Below are positions 18,976 through 26,118 of a stretch of DNA of 26,118 bases, piece after piece (position 1 is the stretch's first letter; each line of letters starts with the position of its first letter). Below the pieces are notes generated by a model. It was not told the origin of the DNA. It worked only from the letters and a program-made list of their open reading frames with translations, and ran no database searches. Source of the stretch: Paramicrosporidium saccamoebae KSL3. Taxonomy: Eukaryota; Fungi; Cryptomycota. Location: the NCBI GenBank assembly GCA_002794465.1, contig MTSL01000006.1, positions 1 to 26,118 of the forward strand, read 5' to 3'. A program made the position numbers and the translations under genes.

Positions 18976-19851
18976 ATGAGATTGAATCTTTTCAATGTCT
19001 TCTTGTTCTTCACTTGTGGCTCTGGGATGTGGCCGTTTGGGCCCGAGGCGGAGAACAATTATGCCATGCCACTTGCAACTGCGGCTGAACCGAGCTACAC
19101 AGTCTATATGGAATCGGCCAGCGCCAGCTTGGCTGCCGTTGCGACATCCATGCCGGAAATGGAAAACCCGTGTCCCAAATCTGAACCACCAGTCTACGTT
19201 CCTCCGCCAATGGCCACCTCTGAGACATGCACCTGTCCTGAACAACCCACCACCAGTGTGATTCCCACGTCTTGTACATGTCCCAAAGCTCTTGCCTGGC
19301 CCGTTCCTGCCGTTCATGCTCCTGTGAATCTGCCGCCTTGCGTTAATTTGACCGCGCCGGCATATTGCAACATCACGACCGCCTTCCGCCTGGCCCCTGT
19401 GCAGGATGAATGGTGGCAGGCCCAACAATTCTGTCTCTCTCGTCGTCCAGGTGTGTATTGCTACGTTCCGGTGGGATGCACAGATTGTTTCCCAACCGTC
19501 ATGCTGAGTTGTCCAGATGTCGTGTTTTTGGCTTGCAAGGAGGGCTTTGTATGTACTGGAGATGGATGTCGGGCCATGGTTGATCTGCTCCCTCTTGCAG
19601 CCAGGAATTACGGCATTGGAGTCATTGAGCAAGATGGACGGAGGGGATTCTCTGTACAAGTTGGACCGGGACAAGTGGAACGTTTTGTTCCCAAAAAGTG
19701 TCGTGGTCCCATGCCCCTCGCCATGGAGCAATGCATCCACAACAAAACTATGACGAGGACAATTGATCCAATGGATGTGACAGACGACTATTACACGCGC
19801 AGTTGGCAAATTCCCACGCCCACTGGAACGACCATGTGCGATGTCTTTTAA
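18976..19851 (+). CDS. Secreted Cys/Pro/Thr-rich protein of unknown function, 291 aa
   Basis: Signal-peptide-like N-terminus, about 19 Cys, two TCTCP/SCTCP motifs and a Pro-rich linker. Confidence 0.75.
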   Translation: MRLNLFNVFLFFTCGSGMWPFGPEAENNYAMPLATAAEPSYTVYMESASASLAAVATSMPEMENPCPKSEPPVYVPPPMATSETCTCPEQPTTSVIPTSCTCPKALAWPVPAVHAPVNLPPCVNLTAPAYCNITTAFRLAPVQDEWWQAQQFCLSRRPGVYCYVPVGCTDCFPTVMLSCPDVVFLACKEGFVCTGDGCRAMVDLLPLAARNYGIGVIEQDGRRGFSVQVGPGQVERFVPKKCRGPMPLAMEQCIHNKTMTRTIDPMDVTDDYYTRSWQIPTPTGTTMCDVF

Positions 19852-19967
19852 GACTCTTTGAATAAATCGTTTTGCCATTGAAGATTGTAAGGTTAGAGTA
19901 AAAGGCCCTTTATGACATCCCTATGTTGCGTAGTAGGGATGATACCATGTATCTTGTCAGGCGGGAA

Positions 19968-20067
19968 GAGGTGAGGTTAGGTGAGGTGAGGTGAGGTGAG
20001 GTGAGGTGAGGTGAGGTGAGGTGAGGTGAGGTGAGATGAAATGAGATGAGACGAGATGAGATGAGAG
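19968..20067 (+). repeat. Compound pentanucleotide microsatellite: ~13 x GAGGT (TGAGG) then ~7 x GAGAT-like
   Basis: Seen directly. Includes one TTAGG variant and lies between convergent 3' ends. Confidence 0.95.
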
Positions 20068-20203
20068 CTTGTTCGCTGTCAATTCAACGGCCTAGCTTAG
20101 GTGAGAAGAGAACCTGCTCACTGTTAAAGCCTCTAAAGGCCGTGTAAGCAGATACTGTTTAACAGGATCTAATAACCTCACACTCCAAATCTGACCGGTG
20201 CCG

Positions 20204-23200
20204 CTAACTCTTTATTAAATATTCTGCAATCAGGTCAATATTGTGGACCTTTTCTTCCACCAGCAGCTCGGACGGGATCTTGGCCTTGATTTGTTGCGAT
20301 GACACCAGAATGTGGGTTATATCAGTGATCGGTTCAATGAGACTTCCGACAACTGCCTCGCCGGCCATCAAAATGCTCCGCAGACCTGGAGCCCGTTTCT
20401 GATCAGCGACAAGGAGCACTCGCCAGCCAGCAAAAGCTTTTCCCTCCCGTTGACGCCAATAGCGAGGAGCACCCGCCAAGGGATCTACGGGCCAACCAGC
20501 CTGCCATTCGTAGCGTCGTTCATCCACAATCTTTCCAGCATGTTCACACGCCTCTACAAATTCCGGTCGCAGAATCCTATCATCAGAACAAAGTCGCCGA
20601 ATCTTACCATATGCCCGCTGCACAGGCAGCTAGAAACTTTTCAGACTTTGTCAAACTGCCAATAATGAGATGGGTGGCCGAGGGATCCCAACTGGAGGAT
20701 GCTCGGATGCCTTCAGTCCCGGGAAAGCCACTCAAAATGCGAGTAAAGCTGACACGTTGGTCGTTAGAAAGACCAGAAAGAGCAAAGACTCTCTTGACCG
20801 TCGGCTCTTCTCGTGGCTTTATAGATGCCGAGAGATTATAGCTAATTGTGGGACGATTGGGTCTCCTCTCAACCGCCAATAGGGAATCAAAATCGATTGA
20901 GGACGGACTCACTGGTACAATCATTGGTTTGACTGCTTGTGGAGATGGCTCAATAATATGGGGTGTTGTCGGTTCTGAATTGACGGTCGTGTTGGCAAAA
21001 GTATGGGGATATTGTCCCTCGGAAAGCCTTTGGCCCCCTTCCTTGGCATGCTGCAGCCACCATGGGGAGACTATCCACTTTCCATGCTGTCGCACCGTCT
21101 TGAATTCCCGAAAAGTCTCCTCCACCATGTTTCCCTCTACAAAAATTATATTCGATGGTGAAATGGCCTACGATGAATGTAATGGGTACAGGATGGGTCA
21201 TACGACCAAATAAACGAACCACCCATTTCCAACACTAAATCATGAATCTCTTCTCTTCGGTGCCATAGTCGCTGGCTAATGGCAACCACACATCCACGGA
21301 GCACCATGGCGGGCTGCGTAGACTGAGTGAGACCGGTTGGTGTGACTTGCGCAGCCACATCTTTTAAACGCTTCGACGCCTGGCTCCGGAGAGGAGTGTC
21401 CACTGAAAATGCCTTCACCGGCCGTTTCCTTGAGCTCGATGTGTTCTGGGCATTGGGTTGATTCTCCTGCTGCTGATTGGGAGTTCCCAGTCGGAGAGGA
21501 GTGCCAAAAGAGGAAACTTCCAAATTGGGCAACTCGAGCGCATAATCAGCGGATGGGAGTGGAATTCCCGCTTTCACTGAATCCATGATCCACTTGGATG
21601 TGACACACAGGATCCCGGACGACATGGAATATTCGTACTTTGGGCCCACAGGTGCCGCGGATATGAGATGAGTGTTCTTCTTGCTCAGATTGTCAGTGTA
21701 TGCGGCGCCGGTCGATGTGATCAGCCGGCTGTAAAAGTCTCTTTCAACTCCCGCAAACCCAGACACGGAGACTCGGAGATTGGAAAACTTTGCCGGGTCG
21801 AGCAGAGTTTGTATGGGGACAAAATGCCACAAGTTGGTGTCCATGAGTTGATTATGTGCAATGCAAGCTTCCAACCACAGCTCATTTACTGCTATTCCTT
21901 CTGGTTTTGTGCCAATGATCATTGGCGTAATTGTATAATCTGCATTCTCAGAAACGATCGGGCCGCCATCAGTAGTAGTCTTTTCACCATTCACCTGTCC
22001 ACTCTTTATCTGCCCGCCATTGCGCTCCACCAAGTCTGTGATCTGAACAGCCCGGATACTCTCTTCTACGCGCACTGAAAAACAAAGGCCAGCAAAGATG
22101 GGTAGCGATTTTGGTGGCAGTTGGGTTGATTGGGAGGAGGGCTGAGTCGACATTTTCAGTGACCATGTAGCAGGGGCAGTAGCTTGCACTGGTGGAGTCG
22201 AATGCATTTCCTTCTTCAGCGACCATGAAGTAGTGGCAGCCGCAGGGATAGGCTGTAAAGGCTGCTGCGGTTCCTTTTTGGGGTTTAGCAAATTATCTAC
22301 ATTGACGAGGAATGGCTCGATTGGCGCAATCGTCTTGGCATAGAAACAGGCAAAGAGCCATTGATCATGGACTATTATCGGCAATGAATCCCCAAATTGT
22401 CCAAGCTGCTCCAATTCTTTCGGAGTGATTGTCTGATTGTGCACGACAAAATGCGTGATGAGCGATTTGTCAAACAGATCAGAGTGGCGAGTCCCGCCTG
22501 CCACCAAAATTAATCGCTTCAGCAAATTTAAGCGCTCCGTCGTCTGTAAATCACCCACATACACATGCAATCCCTCGAAATATGGCGATACATTGACACG
22601 CGCCACTTCATCTGCTGTCAGATCGCCATATGGGAAAGATTGGGTGGGTCGTTGGGAGACTTGTTCTCCGTCCATTTTGTATGCTGAAACATCCAAACAA
22701 ATTCTCCTGGAGACGGAATCATAGAGCCACTGTGGAGTGACCATGGCCACATTCCACTTTAGGGCGTATTGCATCTTTGGCGACTTGGCCCCCTCTGCCA
22801 CCAGCAAATGTGTGCAGGCAGCAGTTAGGTCAACCACAAATGTCCCTCCACAACTGGCCACAAGTTGGGCCATCCGTTGACGTTCATCACTTGGAACTCC
22901 TGTGACGCCCACAGTGCATCCCCACAACACGGGCACTGCGTGCAGCTGTTCCATCTGACGTAAATCAACCACACCCAGATGAGAACGTGCAAAACAGTCG
23001 TCAATAAATTTGGGCAATAGTACTGGAAGTGCCAATTGTTTGGCCATGAGATATTTTGGAGAGTTGAGGATGCGTCCCGCCAACAAATGAGTGACGTGTT
23101 TGCTTAGGTGTGGGGAGAATGCACCGCCTAACCGCTCCACCTTTTCCTGTACTTTGTCCTAACAAGAAAGTGCGAGAAGTAATAGGTACTCTGGCCGTGG

Positions 23201-23246
23201 GGGAATCAATGCCGGTGACACAGAAAACAAGTCCTTGGAAGAGCAT
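20204..23246 (-). CDS. TOPBP1: TopBP1/Cut5(Rad4)/Dpb11-like multi-BRCT protein, 981 aa; exons 23246-23190, 23158-21172, 21136-20608, 20576-20204
   Basis: Multiple BRCT repeats. GT-AG introns 23159-23189 (31 nt), 21137-21171 (35 nt) and 20577-20607 (31 nt) join four ORFs into one 2946-nt frame, restoring THYIHQGN and KFLAACAAGIWILRPEF. Confidence 0.9.
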
Positions 23247-23290
23247 CCCAAATTGTTCAATTTCTCTTAAACAGACTGAGCGACTGTAGT

Positions 23291-24475
23291 CTATGGTTTA
23301 TTACTATTCTCGACTAGATCTGTTAGTTCTGATCCCACAGTATTGCTTGCTTCAACCGGGTCAATTGAGTCTAGTAGGGTTTTCCGGACGTCAGGATCAT
23401 TATATATGCAGAGAACAGAACGAAATGAACGGAGCCGTTTTGTCTTTTCTTTAGAGGGTGTCCTGCATTGTTCTCTAAATTCTTTACACCTAACGTTCTC
23501 CGCACTCCCCGTGTCGGTGCTGTTAAAAAGAGATGCAACTCTTTCCACTAGCGAGTCAGAGAGATCTTCTGATAATGATGGCCGTTCAATCCACTGGAAT
23601 TCTTGCATCCCGTAGAACCATTTTTCCTGCCGTCTAGTGTACTGTCGGGTTTGGCTTTGGAATTCGCCAATAAACTCTACGAGGGCATCATCCCATTGCT
23701 CTCTTGGCAATCTCCTCAGTTCTGCCAGCAGATCAAGGACTTCTTTGTAGCCAATTGCCCGTCCAGCCTGACAATCAGGTCCAAATCCCTGTTTCACGAG
23801 TTGTAGCACTTCTTGGATAAGACCTCGCTGGATCATCATTTCGCAGCGCTTATCAAGATGTGCAAGAAGAGCCATGCGATCAGAGACGGTGAGATAGAAA
23901 CAGCGCCAATCGATTGAGAGCTCATCTGAAGAGTGTCGACGCTGCTTGAAAGAGGACAGTGGAGCACCAGTCATTTTCTGGACTACTAGGGCACGCTTTA
24001 ATCGGTAGTAATCGTTTTTCATTAGAACCGTTGCGTATTCCTCATCCACTTCCCTTAGCCTCCTCACTGATGTCTCCCAATCTATATCTTTGGCGAGCAT
24101 CTCCTCCACTTCCTTGAGCACCAGCGGGTCTGTGGGCGGCGCTCCAGGCCGTCCCCTTACTACCCAATCCAGGTAAAAACCAGTGCCACCCACCAAAATC
24201 GGCACTCTTCCCCTCCCCACCACCTCTTTCACCGTCCTCCAACAGGACTGCAGAAAGTCGGCCGCAGTAAATGCACAACTCCAATGTGTTAAATCGACCA
24301 GATGTTGTGGAACGGGTGTTGGTGTTTTGTTTGCACCAATGGTCAAACCCGTGTATACTTGCACGCTATCGCAAGATATCAGCTCGCCGTTTAGTCGCTG
24401 AGCGAGCAATGCAGCCAGGTCCGTCTTTCCCACGCCCGTCGGTCCTCCTATTACTATTCCACGAACCATGGCCAT
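23291..24475 (-). CDS. miaA: tRNA dimethylallyltransferase (MiaA/IPT family)
   Basis: P-loop GPTGVGKT, ELISCDSVQVY, VPQHLVD, PILVGGTGFY, AIGYKE, TRQYTRRQEKWF. ATG at 24475 or 24469. Confidence 0.92.
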   Translation of the reverse strand: MAMVRGIVIGGPTGVGKTDLAALLAQRLNGELISCDSVQVYTGLTIGANKTPTPVPQHLVDLTHWSCAFTAADFLQSCWRTVKEVVGRGRVPILVGGTGFYLDWVVRGRPGAPPTDPLVLKEVEEMLAKDIDWETSVRRLREVDEEYATVLMKNDYYRLKRALVVQKMTGAPLSSFKQRRHSSDELSIDWRCFYLTVSDRMALLAHLDKRCEMMIQRGLIQEVLQLVKQGFGPDCQAGRAIGYKEVLDLLAELRRLPREQWDDALVEFIGEFQSQTRQYTRRQEKWFYGMQEFQWIERPSLSEDLSDSLVERVASLFNSTDTGSAENVRCKEFREQCRTPSKEKTKRLRSFRSVLCIYNDPDVRKTLLDSIDPVEASNTVGSELTDLVENSNKP

Positions 24476-24515
24476 CCCTGGACCGCCCCATGGAACCTGA
24501 GCTTTTGCAACTCTG

Positions 24516-24974
24516 CAGTATTGGTTAGCTATACTGTACGATTGATTCCAAACGTTCCAATGGTGACACTTTGTCTGTACAGGCGACAATCTCGTGACCG
24601 GCGACCATTATCAGATCAAAATCGGAATACCTTCTCTACCCCACAGTACTGAACAATATTCAGTTTATCGGTTCACAATAATGTACGGCTAGCTCTAAAT
24701 ATCCCGATGGCGGCACTTTGTCTGCATAGGCAAAATTCCCGTGGTCAGTGATTATTCTCGGATCAAACTCGGAACACATTCTCTGCCCCCCCCCCTCCCA
24801 CGACGCTGTTTTAAACAGTATTCAGTTTATTGGGTGGCAATAATGTACGGCTGATTCCAGACGGCCCGGTGCACCTTGTCTGCCCACTCGAGTCCTTGCA
24901 TCTCATTGTCTGCATAGGCAAGAATTTCATGACCATTCTCGAATCGGACTCGGAACACATTCTCTACCCCGCAG
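24516..24974. repeat. Degenerate tandem triplication of the anillin-like gene 3' end (copies ~24516-24646 and ~24654-24790; source ~24816-24974)
   Basis: Shared blocks: tattcagtttat..caataatgtacggct, ttgtctgcataggc, ctcggaacacattctct. Confidence 0.85.
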
Positions 24975-25919
24975 ATGTGTTCTTTGAGATATTCCAACTC
25001 TATCACAGAGTCCAGATCAATTGTGGCACTAACTAATTTGTGGTGGAGCTCAAAGTCCTGAAGATGGAGATCGCGTCCATCTAGAACAGCATGATATCGC
25101 TTCCAATGACGTGACTCTTGAATAGTCAGATACTGACAATGGGTAAACCGGGCAAGCGGTGCCTCTTCCACCGCTGGGGCAGTGAATGAATCGGGGGAGG
25201 CGACTACATGAACAGACATTTCACCGACTATGGCTGAGCCAGGATTCTCATTGGCGTTGATGTAGAAACAGCCTGAAAGTTGAGCGGACCCATTGCTCTT
25301 TCGCAGTAGCGATCCCAATGGGATGGACAGAACCGGATCTTCGTCAATTGGCTGTTGTCTCATCTGAGAATTGGTACGCCCAAGTTTGAGAATTTCACTG
25401 GCCCGTGATTTGAGACTCCGCATTTTTGCTTGCATTTTTTGCTCCAGAGATCCACCAGTGGGACAAACAAAAATATCCAACATGGTTTCCTCTATCGTCT
25501 TTATGCCTTGTAGACTCCTACACACAATGTTAATGCAAAGGGCGAGTATACAGCAAAAAGTAGTCTTGGAGACCGGATGTTTTTGTTCCGGGACACGATA
25601 GTACTGCATCATTGCCAAGCCGCACAACAAGCTGGAATGATTTATCTCCCCAAATCATTTTTATCTTGGCCATCCTGATCAACAGCCATCCCTCTGGATT
25701 AACGATTCCCTTGGACGTTGCCTGTGGAACTGCTCGTGCCTCACCGCCCACCATTCCCAAGGGGAGTTCGCGCTCAACCTTGCAGACCCAGTCATCGACG
25801 CGCGCGCTCTGACCCAGTGGTCCCACATGCAGATGGCGGGTTGCGCAGCTGCTTGGGATTTGTGGCACCCTACGCACAGAATCCCGACGACTGTTGTTGC
25901 GAAGAAGAGATGTTTGCAT
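24827..25919 (-). CDS. Anillin/Bud4/Mid2-like protein (C2-like region + C-terminal PH domain), 352 aa; exons 25919-25552 and 25517-24827
   Basis: PH motif HWKRYHAVL...ATIDL...NVFRVRFENGHEILAYADNE...W. A 34-nt GT-AG intron (25518-25551) joins ORF 25530..25919 in frame (QDYFLL|SLQGIK). Confidence 0.7.
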
Positions 25920-26010
25920 TGTTTATGGCCCGCCTCCCTGGCTGGTTGTTCTTGAGGAAAATGGCCTGATGGGAGATGAATTGCCACAATTAGTCCAAAT
26001 TTATACCGGA

Positions 26011-26118
26011 TTAGCCGAGTCGAGTTGGGTCGAGTTAGATTGGGGTGAGTTAGGTTTGAGTGAGTCGGGTTGAGCTGGGTTGGGTAGAGTTGGGTCGGGT
26101 AGAGTTTGGGTGGGGTGG
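26011..26118 (+). repeat. Degenerate G-rich pentamer array (consensus ~YGRGT) running off the window end
   Basis: CGAGT CGAGT TGGGT CGAGT TAGAT TGGGG TGAGT TAGGT ... TGGGT TGGGT AGAGT TGGGT CGGGT. Confidence 0.85.

Noticed and set aside
18961-19878. 305-aa antisense ORF over the secreted protein
   Set aside because: It is exactly in codon register with the sense gene, explained by the absence of TTA/CTA/TCA codons, and has no recognisable features.
20100-20200. AGTATCTG match to U2 snRNA on the minus strand
   Set aside because: Only 8 nt match. The U2 branch-recognition GTGTAGTA context and 5' stem are absent.
24476-24589. N-terminal extension of miaA as a genuine presequence
   Set aside because: Starts at TTG and is largely a decayed copy of the anillin C-terminus. 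Not called as coding, but reported as a finding.
2444-25969. Numerous 60-210 aa antisense or overlapping ORFs (e.g. 2549..3172, 5461..5877, 14738..15313, 21668..22078, 25679..25987)
   Set aside because: They overlap well-supported genes on the opposite strand or in another frame and carry no recognisable motifs.
1-26118. tRNA, rRNA, CRISPR arrays, transposase or reverse transcriptase
   Set aside because: No cloverleaf, rRNA motif, repeat-spacer array or DDE/RT motif was recognised by eye. tRNAscan-SE and Infernal were not run.

Overview
Compact eukaryotic (fungal-like) nuclear DNA with very short intergenic spacers and tiny 28-35 nt spliceosomal introns. This fits an early-diverging fungal or Rozellomycota/microsporidia-related genome, which is inference only. 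Conserved genes: 3' end of fumarase, a GT47/exostosin glycosyltransferase, NEDD8/Rub1 (absent from the ORF track because four micro-introns split it), a RasGEF, an M16 metallopeptidase, Hrd3/SEL1L, a TopBP1/Cut5-like BRCT protein, a MiaA/IPT9-like tRNA isopentenyltransferase and an anillin/Bud4-like PH protein, plus a secreted Cys/Pro-rich orphan. Between fumarase and GT47 (about 975-9540) lies an accessory island. It holds three tandem copies of a convergent two-gene cassette of unrecognised membrane proteins: A is about 4-TM, and B has N-terminal TMs plus a CxxC-x27-CxxC motif. The copies are in different stages of decay, hairpins sit at the 3' end of B, and a further decayed ORF follows. 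Other features are a triplicated anillin 3' end (one copy in frame with the miaA gene), a (TGAGG)n tract, and a degenerate G-rich pentamer array at the window end. No function can be assigned to the cassette without database searches.
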